DNA of 64,000 bases. It comes from Promethearchaeota archaeon. Lineage in GTDB: Archaea; Asgardarchaeota; Lokiarchaeia; Sigyniarchaeales; SOKP01. Made by a program: the position numbers and the translations under genes. The first letter of the stretch is position 1; each line of letters opens with the position of its first letter. Of the stretch, positions 7,979-18,632 are shown one piece after another. The notes beneath the pieces are model-generated. The model saw nothing but the letters and a program-made list of their open reading frames with translations. It was not told the origin of the DNA and searched no databases. The stretch covers positions 192,001 to 256,000 of the forward strand of contig JAUVNS010000003.1 of the NCBI GenBank assembly GCA_030599585.1. The letters run 5' to 3'.

Positions 7979-10678
7979 ATGATAAAACCTCCTTATGATT
8001 TAAGATGTGAATCTCTTTTTAATCCTATTTGTATCGATATACAAAAACCATGTTTTTCATGGCTTTTAACACATGAAGAGAGAAATCAGACCCAAAGCGC
8101 TTATCAGATAGTTGTGTCTTCTGATAAGAATCTTTCTAAAAGTGAAAAAGGAGATGTGTGGGCAAGTGGCAAAGTAATTTCAGAAAATAATGCTAATATT
8201 GCTTATGAAAGTAAGCCTTTAGAAAGCGATAAAACATATTTCTGGCGAGTGAAATGGTGGGACAAAAATGGTGAAGAAAGTGAATATAGTCAAATAAATC
8301 ACTTTGGAACCGCATTTATTGACGGCTCTTATTGGAAAGCAAAATGGATAAGTAGAAGAGAATTTATTGATAAAAAAATTAGAAGACAGTTCCAATATAA
8401 ATCTGGTAAGAGAGGGTTAACAGGAAGATTAAAGGAAGTTCACGCTGTTTATTTGAGAAAGGAGTTTTCGATTTCAAAAGAAATAGAATATGCAAAAGCC
8501 TATGTTTGTGGTGTAGGTTATTACGAATTTAACTTAAATGGTAATAAGGTTGGAGATCGAATTTTAGAACCGGCTCAAACAGATTATAATAAAATAGCGT
8601 TATATTCTACTTATGATATTACTCATCGTTTAAAAAAATCAAATGCAATTGGCGCTATATTAGGAAATGGACGTTGTGTTGAAACCTTTGGATACGATTA
8701 TCCAAAACTAATATTACAGATTAATATCCATTATAAAGATGGAACGAGTGAAGTTATATGCACCGACAATTCTTGGAAAATCTCAAACGGACCAATTCAA
8801 GAAAATGGTATTTACTATGGCGAAATTTATGATGCTCGACTAGAGATGCCAGGATGGGACGAACCAAATTTTAACGACGCAAACTGGAAAGAAGCTGTTA
8901 TAGTAGATGGATATAATTTAGCATCTCAAATGATGCAACCCATTCAAATCACCAAATCTATTAAACCGATTGAACTATCTAGTCCTAAACCAGGAACTTA
9001 TGTTTATGATTTTGGTCAAAATTTTACTGGTTACGTAAGATTAAATGTATTTGGTCCGAGAGGTTCAGAAGTAAAATTAAGATTTACGGAATTGCTTTTT
9101 GAAGATGGAAATATCAACACTGCTACAATACGTGGTGCTCCGACAACTGACAGATATATTTTAAAAGGAGAAGGAAGAGAGTCTTTCGAACCTCATTTTA
9201 CATACCACGGATTTAGATTCGTAGAGATGACTGGATTTCCTGGAGTCCCTTCTTTAAATACTTTAGAAGGCTTATTTTTCCATTCTAATGTTCCTCAAGT
9301 TGGAAATTTCTTTTGTTCAAATAAATTAATTAACCAAATACACACTAACATTATTTGGGGCCAATTGAGTAATCTCATGAGCATCCCTACTGATTGTCCG
9401 CAAAGAGATGAGAGGCACGGATGGATGGGTGATGCTCAATTAACAGTAGAGGAAGCAATCTTTAACTTTAATATGAATAAATTTTATGCGAAATACTTAC
9501 GAGATATCAAATTATGTCAAAGGGAAGATGGCAGTCTTTCTGATGTAGTCCCACCCTATTGGAGTTTTTACCCGGCAGATCCCGCTTGGGGTACAGCTTA
9601 TATAACTATTGCATGGAATCTCTTTTGGTATTATGGTGACACCAGAATTCTTGAAGAACATTATGAGGGAATGAAAAAATATGTTGAATATTTATCTTCA
9701 ATTGCAGAAGAAAACATAATCTATTTTGGAAAATATGGAGATTGGTGCCCTCCAAGCAATATCGTGTCAAGAAAAACCCCAATTGAGTTAACCTCTTCTT
9801 GGTATTATTATCACGATGTTCATTTTTTAGCGAAGATTGCAAAAATCATAGGAAAACATGAAGATCACGAATATTTTTTAAACAAAGCTAAAGAAATCAA
9901 AGAATCTTTTAATGCAAAATTTCTAAAAGGAGTCTATGATGTTGTAAAACATTCTCCAACTGATCAAACTATTAGCCAGACGTCAAACATTCTACCACTT
10001 TATTTAGATATGGTTCCAGAGGGAAAAAAGAAAAAAGTTCTCTCTACTTTAGTTACGACTATTAAAGAAGATTATAGTTACCACTTTGATACTGGCATTA
10101 TAGGAACGCGATATATCTTTGACGTATTAACTGAAAATGGGTATCCTGAAGTGATATATAATATGGTCAATCAAAAAAGCTTCCCTGGATATGGATATAT
10201 GATTCAAGAAGGAGCAACAACCTTATGGGAACGATGGGAAAAATTGGAGGCGGGCGGTATGAATTCACATAACCATATAATGCTAGGGACCGTTGATACA
10301 TGGTTTTATAATACTTTAGGAGGAATAAAATCATTAGAACCAAGTTGGAAATTATTGAAAATAAAACCATTTATTCCCAATACTATGAATTACGCTAGTG
10401 CAAGCATTAAAACAATCAAAGGATTTATCTCTAGTTCATGGGAAAAGTTAGAAAGTGATTTAAAACTTACAATAAAGATCCCCGTAGGATGCAATGCTGA
10501 AGTTTGGATACCGATTGAAGACGAAAATAGTGTTATCACGGAAGGAGATGTTGTAATATGGAGTAACAATGAAAACATCAAACATTCTGATGACATAGAA
10601 TTTTTAAAATTAATTGATAAACATGTTATTTTTAACATCGGTTCTGGATTTTATCAATTTGTTATTCAATATAAATAA
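7979..10678 (+). CDS. alpha-L-rhamnosidase (GH78)
   Basis: DFGQNFTG, FTYHGFRFVE, IPTDCPQRDERHGWMGD, GATTLWERW, SHNH. Confidence 0.95.
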   Translation: MIKPPYDLRCESLFNPICIDIQKPCFSWLLTHEERNQTQSAYQIVVSSDKNLSKSEKGDVWASGKVISENNANIAYESKPLESDKTYFWRVKWWDKNGEESEYSQINHFGTAFIDGSYWKAKWISRREFIDKKIRRQFQYKSGKRGLTGRLKEVHAVYLRKEFSISKEIEYAKAYVCGVGYYEFNLNGNKVGDRILEPAQTDYNKIALYSTYDITHRLKKSNAIGAILGNGRCVETFGYDYPKLILQINIHYKDGTSEVICTDNSWKISNGPIQENGIYYGEIYDARLEMPGWDEPNFNDANWKEAVIVDGYNLASQMMQPIQITKSIKPIELSSPKPGTYVYDFGQNFTGYVRLNVFGPRGSEVKLRFTELLFEDGNINTATIRGAPTTDRYILKGEGRESFEPHFTYHGFRFVEMTGFPGVPSLNTLEGLFFHSNVPQVGNFFCSNKLINQIHTNIIWGQLSNLMSIPTDCPQRDERHGWMGDAQLTVEEAIFNFNMNKFYAKYLRDIKLCQREDGSLSDVVPPYWSFYPADPAWGTAYITIAWNLFWYYGDTRILEEHYEGMKKYVEYLSSIAEENIIYFGKYGDWCPPSNIVSRKTPIELTSSWYYYHDVHFLAKIAKIIGKHEDHEYFLNKAKEIKESFNAKFLKGVYDVVKHSPTDQTISQTSNILPLYLDMVPEGKKKKVLSTLVTTIKEDYSYHFDTGIIGTRYIFDVLTENGYPEVIYNMVNQKSFPGYGYMIQEGATTLWERWEKLEAGGMNSHNHIMLGTVDTWFYNTLGGIKSLEPSWKLLKIKPFIPNTMNYASASIKTIKGFISSSWEKLESDLKLTIKIPVGCNAEVWIPIEDENSVITEGDVVIWSNNENIKHSDDIEFLKLIDKHVIFNIGSGFYQFVIQYK

Positions 10679-10864
10679 CTCTTTTTTATATCGTTTAAAC
10701 TACCGAAAAAGAAGCAAATACCGAATATTATAGAAATTTAAGGTTCTAAATAGTTTGATGGGATGCTATTCCTAATAATTTAAATTCTAAACTATATTAT
10801 CACGAATATTAAAACTACATAGAATTTAATTAGATTAACTAAAAACAATTTGAGAGAAAGATAA

Positions 10865-12262
10865 ATGAGTTCTAAATTTTTAGAAAGAATAATTGAACCC
10901 TTAATTGTTAATTTAATGCAACAATCAAAGTTCCCCGGGCTCGCTCTTAGTATTATAAAAGATGGAAAACCATTCTATGCGAAGGGTTTTGGTGCGAGAA
11001 ATTTAAAAAAGAATATTCCATTCGATAAAGATACTTTATTTGGAATAGGTTCTATTTCAAAGTCGTTTACTGCTCTGGGAATAATGCAATTAGTTGAACA
11101 AGGTAAAATTGATCTTCAAAGCCCTGTTAAAAAATATATTGATTTTAAACTTGGAGATAAAAATAATCCAATAAAAGTTCATCATCTACTAACTCACTCT
11201 ACTGGATTCCCTGAACTTCTTGGAACGATAGTAGCACTAACAAGACGTTTAGGTTTTATTGAAAATATTATTCCAATGAGTAGCTGGAATGATTACATGT
11301 TGTTTATTAACGGTGCAGGCACGGAAGTTGTAGATATCCCCGATAAATGTTTTTTTTATAATAATGATATGTTTACATGCCTTGGATTAATTATAGAAAA
11401 AATATCTGGCATGAAGGTTGAAGAATATATTAGAGAAAACATATTAAAACCTTTAGGTATGAATAGATCCACATACTTGCAAGAGGATTATGATAACGAT
11501 AATAATACTATAACAAATTATCTTCCTCTTGATGAAGAAGGAGATCTTAAAGAATCAGAAGCACCTATTGACAAATTTGTTTATGCTGCGGGAGGTTTAT
11601 TGAGTTCCGTAAACGAATTACAAAACTATTTAATTGCTTTAATGAATGATGGCAAACATGGTGAATCACAAATTCTTCAGAAATCATCAATAGATAAAAT
11701 GTGGAAGCCATATAATAAAACTCCCGAATCTTATGGTCACGGGGAGACTTGGTACGGCTATGGTTGGATGGTAGAAAAGGATTTTTTCGGGTATGAAGTA
11801 ATACAACATGGAGGGAGCGTTTTAACTGCGTCTGCTATGGTAGCAATGATCCCAGAAATAAAAATGGGTGTTATCATGGGAGTTAACTGTGATTCTAGTG
11901 GTTTGCTAGGCCCCATAGCTCATGGAATTCTAGCAATTCTTTTAGGAAAGGACATAAATGAAGCAGTCCCGTTATTGCAAATCCAAAATAAGCTAAATAA
12001 GTTGGTGGGAAAATACACGACGTACAAAGGTTTACAATCCTTAGAAATATTTCTTGAGAACGGAATTCTCTACGCTAAAATACCTTACCCATATTTACCC
12101 AAACCTACAATTTTACCACTTGCGCCGGAAAATATAGATGAATTAAAATTTGTTGTACCAATTGCTTTTCCAGGTATTAAAATGAAAGGTCAATTTTTTA
12201 TCGATGAAAAAACAGATGAAGTACGTTTATTAGTAGATCGCTATAGTTTCCGTAAAATCTAA
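10865..12262 (+). CDS. serine hydrolase, beta-lactamase/class C family (probable D-aminopeptidase-like)
   Basis: GSISK (SxxK), LLTHSTG, YNN (YxN), HGG. Confidence 0.9.
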   Translation: MSSKFLERIIEPLIVNLMQQSKFPGLALSIIKDGKPFYAKGFGARNLKKNIPFDKDTLFGIGSISKSFTALGIMQLVEQGKIDLQSPVKKYIDFKLGDKNNPIKVHHLLTHSTGFPELLGTIVALTRRLGFIENIIPMSSWNDYMLFINGAGTEVVDIPDKCFFYNNDMFTCLGLIIEKISGMKVEEYIRENILKPLGMNRSTYLQEDYDNDNNTITNYLPLDEEGDLKESEAPIDKFVYAAGGLLSSVNELQNYLIALMNDGKHGESQILQKSSIDKMWKPYNKTPESYGHGETWYGYGWMVEKDFFGYEVIQHGGSVLTASAMVAMIPEIKMGVIMGVNCDSSGLLGPIAHGILAILLGKDINEAVPLLQIQNKLNKLVGKYTTYKGLQSLEIFLENGILYAKIPYPYLPKPTILPLAPENIDELKFVVPIAFPGIKMKGQFFIDEKTDEVRLLVDRYSFRKI

Positions 12263-12280
12263 AATAACTTTTTTTTATAT

Positions 12281-14599
12281 TTATAGTGGCAGCATTTTCA
12301 TGAGAAATTCCATGCTTGGTCCTTTTATCTTATACTCTTTTGGTGGTTCTTTGTTTAAAAGATGTTTAACAAAATAATCCCATTGCTTTCGAATAAAATA
12401 TTCATCGTAGACAAACAAATGATTGCGATTAGGTAGTATCAACATATCAAAGTCTTTATTAGCCTTCATAAGCGCGTCTGCTAATTGGAGAGTTAGAGAA
12501 GGGTGTACATTATCGTCCATATCACCGCTAGCAAGAAATAATTTCCCTTTTAAATTTTGAGCAAGTCGGGCTGTAATTTGATTCTTGTAATTATCCCCTT
12601 CAAGCATCCCTTGATATTTTTCTCCCCAATCTGAAACATAACCTCGTTGGTCATAATTTCCCGCTGATGATACAGCAACTTTGTAAAAGTCTGGGAAAGA
12701 AAGGATCGCCGTTGCTGAAGCAAAACCTCCTCCCGAATGACCGTATATTCCGACTCGACTTAAATCCATATATGAATGTTCACTTGCCAACTGTTGAATT
12801 GCTGCAATGTGATCTTCTAAACCTCCAGCATCACCCATGTTACCATATCCATAATCATGGAATGCCTTGGAGCGTAGAGGGGTTCCCATTCCATCAACTG
12901 TGATTACAATAAATCCTAATTCTGCTATCGCTTGCGGTGCCCAAAAACCCATTACACCGCGGTCTAATTTTTGAGGGAACAGTTTTGGCGTTCGAATAAC
13001 TTGTGGTCCGGGATATATATTATCAAGTATGGGATATTTCACACTTGGATCAAAAGTGCTTGGAAAAAATATTAAACCGTATAAATCTGTAATTCCATCA
13101 CGAGCTTTTACTTTGAAAGGTTTAGGAGGTATCCAACCTTGTTTAAGAAGTAAACTTATATCAGAACTTTCTAGCTTTTGGATCAGTTGACCATCTACAG
13201 CGCGTAGTACCGAAGAAGGGGCGGTGTCTGCTCTCGAAAAATTATCTACGAAATAAGCTCCTGAAGGAGAAAATATCACATCGTGATTGGCATCTTCGGG
13301 AGTCAATAATTGAATATCAGTGCCATCGAATTTAGCACGATAGAGGTGACCATAATAAGGATCGCGAGTTTCTTCTTTTCCACCTGCGATAAAATAAACC
13401 CATCGATTTTTTTCATCAACATGTTTGATGTTGTGAACCATCCACTGTCCAGATGTAATTTGATTCTTAAAATTCCCCATTTTTCCATCGTATAAGTATA
13501 AGTGCCCCCACCCATCTCTTTGAGAGAACCAAATGATTTCATTGCCATTATCCACTACTTTTACGTTAGGAGGTTCCATCATAAAGTGATTAAAGTCTAT
13601 ATATGTTGAAGCGTTCTCTTCAATTATAGTTCTACTATCACCTGAAACTGCATCTAATTCACATAATTTAGCCGTTTTAAAATCACGTTCGATATAAAGA
13701 GAATATGCTATTTTACTATCTTCTCCCCACCATACAGACTTCATAAATATAGGGGGCATAAATGCAACAGTTTGAGGTTTATATTTTACTACAACTTTTG
13801 ACTTTTTTTCAATATCTAAAATTACTAAATCTGCTTGCGCCACTTCATCATCGCCAGGTAGAGGATAACGATACTCATGTAAGATTGGTCGGGAAGTTTT
13901 CCCTAATCCTGCTGATTGAATGAGATACATTTCTTTCACCCTTCTTTGATCGAGTTTATGCACTAATAATTTCTTTGAATCAGGAGACCATAACATTATA
14001 GGCGGTAATAGGGTGTCAAGTCCGAGACGACGAATTGTTATCTCAAACGTACTTGATTCAGGGAGAGTTCCATAGTCGTGATGTTTTTCTCCGTCATAGG
14101 ATAATTGAACTTCTTGTCCGTCTGAAAGAGAGCGTAAGAAAACATTAAAATTTTTAATAAAAGCAACCCATTTTCCATCTGGTGATTTGAGTTCTGTTGG
14201 AGTTTCAAAAACCTTCTTAGTTTTTCTTTTACATTGATAAGAATCTAAATCAAACAGAAAACGTTGCTTTCTTATATCAAATTGAATTGTATTCCCATCT
14301 TCAATGAAGTTGATATCCTCAAAAGGCAAACTATAACGAGTATAAGATTTTCCTTTCAGTGATGACAAATTTTTCGCTAATTTATCATGATCAAAGGCAT
14401 CTTCCTTAGTTTTTCTTTCTGGATCTACAATATGAAATCTTTTCTCATTCTGATCTTTACTTACATACCAAAATCTGTCACTTTTTTCTATCCAGTTCGG
14501 CTGAATGTGGGTATTGAATGCCATCTTATAGGCATTCCATGCGAGAAATTTTTCGGCTCTCTTATAATCTTCATAAGATATCTCTTTATTTGAATCCAT
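12281..14599 (-). CDS. S9B dipeptidyl-peptidase IV-like peptidase
   Basis: beta-propeller (SPDGKW), GHSGGG nucleophile, DDNVH, C-terminal His. Confidence 0.93.
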   Translation of the reverse strand: MDSNKEISYEDYKRAEKFLAWNAYKMAFNTHIQPNWIEKSDRFWYVSKDQNEKRFHIVDPERKTKEDAFDHDKLAKNLSSLKGKSYTRYSLPFEDINFIEDGNTIQFDIRKQRFLFDLDSYQCKRKTKKVFETPTELKSPDGKWVAFIKNFNVFLRSLSDGQEVQLSYDGEKHHDYGTLPESSTFEITIRRLGLDTLLPPIMLWSPDSKKLLVHKLDQRRVKEMYLIQSAGLGKTSRPILHEYRYPLPGDDEVAQADLVILDIEKKSKVVVKYKPQTVAFMPPIFMKSVWWGEDSKIAYSLYIERDFKTAKLCELDAVSGDSRTIIEENASTYIDFNHFMMEPPNVKVVDNGNEIIWFSQRDGWGHLYLYDGKMGNFKNQITSGQWMVHNIKHVDEKNRWVYFIAGGKEETRDPYYGHLYRAKFDGTDIQLLTPEDANHDVIFSPSGAYFVDNFSRADTAPSSVLRAVDGQLIQKLESSDISLLLKQGWIPPKPFKVKARDGITDLYGLIFFPSTFDPSVKYPILDNIYPGPQVIRTPKLFPQKLDRGVMGFWAPQAIAELGFIVITVDGMGTPLRSKAFHDYGYGNMGDAGGLEDHIAAIQQLASEHSYMDLSRVGIYGHSGGGFASATAILSFPDFYKVAVSSAGNYDQRGYVSDWGEKYQGMLEGDNYKNQITARLAQNLKGKLFLASGDMDDNVHPSLTLQLADALMKANKDFDMLILPNRNHLFVYDEYFIRKQWDYFVKHLLNKEPPKEYKIKGPSMEFLMKMLPL

Positions 14600-14721
14600 A
14601 ATTAACGCTTGACCTCTTAATTAAAATTATTTCAATTCTATAATTTATTTACTTTTTATTTATTCTTACAAGTTTATGAGCTATTTATTGTTGAATTTTC
14701 AAAAAAAAATAAAATAAGAAA

Positions 14722-16143
14722 TTAAAGTTTAAGCTCTTTCAATTGCGCTTGTATTATAGCTGATTTTTCAGGTGTGATATCGTAGTATTTCCAAAAAATA
14801 ACTGTTCCAATCACCATGATAATCGCTGGAATTAATGCCATTGCTATATGTATTCCCACAATTGCTAATGGTCCTTGTGTATCTGCGCCTTCAACAAATC
14901 CAGTTAAAATGTGAACTACAGCAAAAACTACTGCTTGTGCTACCAAAGCAAATCGCATTATAAAAGCGTAGAAGCCATTATAAAGACCCTCATTTCGTTG
15001 TTTTGTTGAAACTATGCTCTCATCAATAATATCTGCAAAAAGAGGATAAATTGCTATAAACATCCCTGATAACGAAAAACCCCATAACATTAAGACTATT
15101 ACCCAACTAATAAGATCTCCTAAGAAGGTCATAGGAAATGTAAAAAGTGTAGTTAATATCGCTCCGATAATCATTATTTTTCTATTATCATTTTTCTTCT
15201 TTATCATCCAAACCCAGAAAGGAACACCAACCAAACTAGCAATTAAATAAGCCCCTGAGAGAATTGTCGAATACCCTGAGGGCAATAGTAAGATATATCG
15301 TAGGCCATATTGTAGCGATCCAAGTAATAATGCTCTTAGTATGCCATAACATAGAAATAATATCACAAACACAGTAAAATTCTTTTGCTTAAAGGCGGAT
15401 ACGAATGCCTTGAAAAAGTGGACTTTTTCCCTTTTCAATGATTCGTCTTTATAACTTTGTAAATACCGATCAATTGTTTCTTGGTCTTCGCGTAATCCAG
15501 GAATGGCGAATATAGCAGCAATCAGTGAAATAAGAACCAAAGCCCAAGCGTGATCTATGAAAGATTGCTTTACACTGAAATTCACGATGAAAGGTGGCAC
15601 TAGAGCTCCAACGGCGATACCTAAATATGAAATTATATTCCTTACACCAGAAGCAGTTCTACGTTCGTCTATACCCCGAAATTTGTCTGGAAAAAGAGCG
15701 GAAGAATTAACTCCCCAAAAAGACGCAGTTGTATCAAACAAGCAAGTCGAGAAAATTAGCCAACCAAACATTGCCATTTGATCTGTCACAGGATTAAACA
15801 AAGGAGGCGAATAAAGTAATACATAAACAAACACCGAAGGAAATATGGAAGATATTATCCAGGGAAACCTTCTTCCCCATTTCTTCGTAAAGAAAAAAGG
15901 TCTATCACAGATGAAACCGACAAGTGGGTCGTTAATAGCATTATATATAGCGTAAATTATAAAACCAAGTCCTGCCAGAAGACTTTCCAACCCTAAAACT
16001 GCTTCATAGAAAAAAAACACATATGCAGCGAACGAAAAAGCAAAGATTTGCATAATAAAATCGCTCATACTATATGAAGCCATATTCCATTTAGAGTGCG
16101 ATTTTAAGTCCTCATTTTCATTCTTCAAATTTTCAGATGCCAT
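14722..16143 (-). CDS. MFS transporter, GPH (MelB-like) family
   Basis: NAINDPLVG..DR...WGRRFPW, ADIIDE..RNEG, about 12 TM segments. Confidence 0.92.
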   Translation of the reverse strand: MASENLKNENEDLKSHSKWNMASYSMSDFIMQIFAFSFAAYVFFFYEAVLGLESLLAGLGFIIYAIYNAINDPLVGFICDRPFFFTKKWGRRFPWIISSIFPSVFVYVLLYSPPLFNPVTDQMAMFGWLIFSTCLFDTTASFWGVNSSALFPDKFRGIDERRTASGVRNIISYLGIAVGALVPPFIVNFSVKQSFIDHAWALVLISLIAAIFAIPGLREDQETIDRYLQSYKDESLKREKVHFFKAFVSAFKQKNFTVFVILFLCYGILRALLLGSLQYGLRYILLLPSGYSTILSGAYLIASLVGVPFWVWMIKKKNDNRKIMIIGAILTTLFTFPMTFLGDLISWVIVLMLWGFSLSGMFIAIYPLFADIIDESIVSTKQRNEGLYNGFYAFIMRFALVAQAVVFAVVHILTGFVEGADTQGPLAIVGIHIAMALIPAIIMVIGTVIFWKYYDITPEKSAIIQAQLKELKL

Positions 16144-16245
16144 TTTTATTCAGTTTTATAGTTTAATTGTATTTAATGTTTATACACTCCTTCTATAAAA
16201 AGGTTTAAGAATTTTTCATAAGAAAGATTAAATTTCTTTCCTCTT

Positions 16246-17382
16246 CTAACCTACAACTTTCTGGAAAAATCTTAAGAAGTTCTCACCAGCAATTTTCTTT
16301 ATTTCTTGATTGCTATAGCCTCTCGAAATTAACCCCTTAATTAAATTCGGAAATTTCTTATATTCATCGAAGCCTTCTATTTTTGTTAAAAAGCTTGCTT
16401 TATCTTCCGGTCGAAAACCTAACGCGTCCATAAACTCTCCAATCTTAATTGCCAAATTATCAGGAACTGAAAAACCGTAAAAATCAGAGCCAATTCCAAC
16501 ATAATTAATTCCTACAAGATTCACAATATAATCAATGTGATCAAGCCAATCATCTATAGTGGTTGTGGCATTGCTCGTTAAAAATCCTGGAACTGCATAA
16601 ACGCCTATATATCCATCTTTTTCAGCAAGGGCTTTGAGAAAATCGTCGTCCTTTCCTCTTGCGTGTTCGTATAAATTTTTTGCCGATGTGTGAGACGCTA
16701 TAATAGGGTCTTTAGAATTTTCTAAAGCATCGATTGATGTTTGGGGCCCACAATGAGAAATATCAACAATTGCTCCAAGTTCATTAATCTTGTGAACGAC
16801 TTCGATACCAAATTCTGTTAAGCCTCTATCTCTTACCGCCGTAAATCCAGTTCCAATGGCAATTTTTTTGTTATAGGTTAGTTGCATTATTCTGAATCCT
16901 TGCATGTAATTGAGTTCAACCATGTTAATGTCTTTAGCGATGTGTTCCATACTTTGAACATTTAAAATTATGCCTTTTTTCCCCTCTTTATGGGCTCTCT
17001 CTATATCTGCTGCTTTTAAAACTTTAATAAACAAGTCTGGTCGATTATCTAGAATATATGTCATAAAAGAGAAGTTATGAAAAACACCATCAAAGGAATA
17101 CGGCTTTGAATACAACGGTCCAAGCGTCCAACTTACGCAAGTCACTCCCGATTCTTTCCACGCTTTGACATATTTAGAAAAGTATTCCTTGTCATTAACT
17201 ACATTTCTCGCAAATTGCAATACTAAAATAGGGATTACATCCCAGGGATTCATGTCTTGAGCTAACATCTCATCATTAGCCTTATTAAGGTCGTCCGACC
17301 ATAATAGAGGCCCATGACTAAGGGTATCAATAATAATACTTGAGTCTAAAATTTCATCTAATCTATTATTTATTTCATTCAT
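16246..17382 (-). CDS. membrane dipeptidase (M19 family)
   Basis: QLTYN, GLTEFG, VDISH, ASH, VGIGSDF, KKIAGENFLR. Confidence 0.9.
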   Translation of the reverse strand: MNEINNRLDEILDSSIIIDTLSHGPLLWSDDLNKANDEMLAQDMNPWDVIPILVLQFARNVVNDKEYFSKYVKAWKESGVTCVSWTLGPLYSKPYSFDGVFHNFSFMTYILDNRPDLFIKVLKAADIERAHKEGKKGIILNVQSMEHIAKDINMVELNYMQGFRIMQLTYNKKIAIGTGFTAVRDRGLTEFGIEVVHKINELGAIVDISHCGPQTSIDALENSKDPIIASHTSAKNLYEHARGKDDDFLKALAEKDGYIGVYAVPGFLTSNATTTIDDWLDHIDYIVNLVGINYVGIGSDFYGFSVPDNLAIKIGEFMDALGFRPEDKASFLTKIEGFDEYKKFPNLIKGLISRGYSNQEIKKIAGENFLRFFQKVVG

Positions 17383-17534
17383 AATACCACCTTTGTTTTG
17401 TATTGTATAAAATAATTAGTACGAGGGTAGTAGAGTGCCGAACCAATGACTAAGCAAGGTATTTCACTTCCTTCGATTACGTACGACAGTTTAGTGCCGT
17501 TTACAGAAATAAAATCTAAAATTTTTAAAAACAC
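17379..17534 (-). pseudogene. N-terminal remnant of an alpha/beta hydrolase
   Basis: 51-codon frame FISVNGTKLSYVIEGSEIPCLVIGSALYYPRT matches hydrolase strands b1-b3, then degenerates and stops in an ATGA overlap with the M19 gene. Confidence 0.55.
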
Positions 17535-17731
17535 CTCATAATAAGGCTTTTTAATTTACTATTTTTATTTAAACTTTTTTCAGAAACGGATTTTAAAATA
17601 TTACAATATTAACATATTAGGGTGATATGTTTGTACGTGAAAGACTTGTTTCACGAAGAATACAAGATTATTCTGAGATTTTAATAAAACAAAATTGTTA
17701 ATTAGAATAAATTCATAATTATAAAAAAAAA

Positions 17732-17817
17732 GATATAGAGAGTAGGAGGGTATTTGGTTTAGGTATGGTTCATCGAGAAGCCGTTTTATCTAAACTTTTT
17801 CCTCTGCTATCTATATT
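17732..17817 (-). terminator. long imperfect hairpin followed by a U-tract, downstream of 17871..18632
   Basis: ATATAGAGAGTAGGAGG / CCTCTGCTATCTATAT arms; inner GTTTAG/CTAAAC; A-run at 17723-17731 gives the minus-strand U-tract. Confidence 0.5.
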
Positions 17818-17870
17818 TAAATTTAGAGCTTTAAACATTTAATTGGCTGTATTTTCTGCTACGCTTATTT

Positions 17871-18632
17871 CTACCCTAATTCGTGAATTTCAATCGTCTC
17901 TACTGGCCATAACTCACCCCATAAGGGACTATATTTGGGGTGGTCTTCTTTGAGATCCGGTTTAATAAGGACTAGTTGATGAAGTTTTAGCATCCCTGTT
18001 GCCCCAGGTGTAAATCCGAAATCAGCGGCGTGGTCTGTCAATACTCCATATCCAGTACCAATTATGTTCAATGATATATAGCTGTTAAAGGCATCCCAAC
18101 AAAACGGTATATCATCTCCAGGTTCATCGAGGTAAAATTTAAATACCATTTTATAATCTATGTAACCGTCTTCATAGGCTCCTAATAATGCTAAGGGTCG
18201 AGGTCCTGACCCCCAAACATGATCAGCTAATTCAGGGAAGAAAAATACCGTCAAGGGAGCATTTGATACACTTAAATGCACTGTTATTAGAGCTCGTCCA
18301 TCTTTTAATGCTCTTTCAGTGATATGACCACCAAATGTAGTTTCTCCGATCACCAAACCATTCTCATCCGACAAAATATATGGAAAGGGGAATCCCATCT
18401 TCGCTACTAGGTTTGAATAGGGACTTACAAAATCAGCCATTCCCCAGTTTTCTACATCATATCCAAACCAATCAAAAACGGTATCCCATTGTGCATTCAA
18501 CCAATCTTCTATTGGTCTTTTTGTAACATTTCCACTCCCTTCACCTGCAGCAACAAATGGAATAAAACTGAACATTAAGATTCCTACTATCGCCAATATT
18601 GCTAGTTTTCTGTTAAGATTCTGTCTTTTCAT
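17871..18632 (-). CDS. secreted hypothetical protein
   Basis: Sec-type signal peptide (basic N-region, hydrophobic core, VAA). Confidence 0.75.
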   Translation of the reverse strand: MKRQNLNRKLAILAIVGILMFSFIPFVAAGEGSGNVTKRPIEDWLNAQWDTVFDWFGYDVENWGMADFVSPYSNLVAKMGFPFPYILSDENGLVIGETTFGGHITERALKDGRALITVHLSVSNAPLTVFFFPELADHVWGSGPRPLALLGAYEDGYIDYKMVFKFYLDEPGDDIPFCWDAFNSYISLNIIGTGYGVLTDHAADFGFTPGATGMLKLHQLVLIKPDLKEDHPKYSPLWGELWPVETIEIHELG

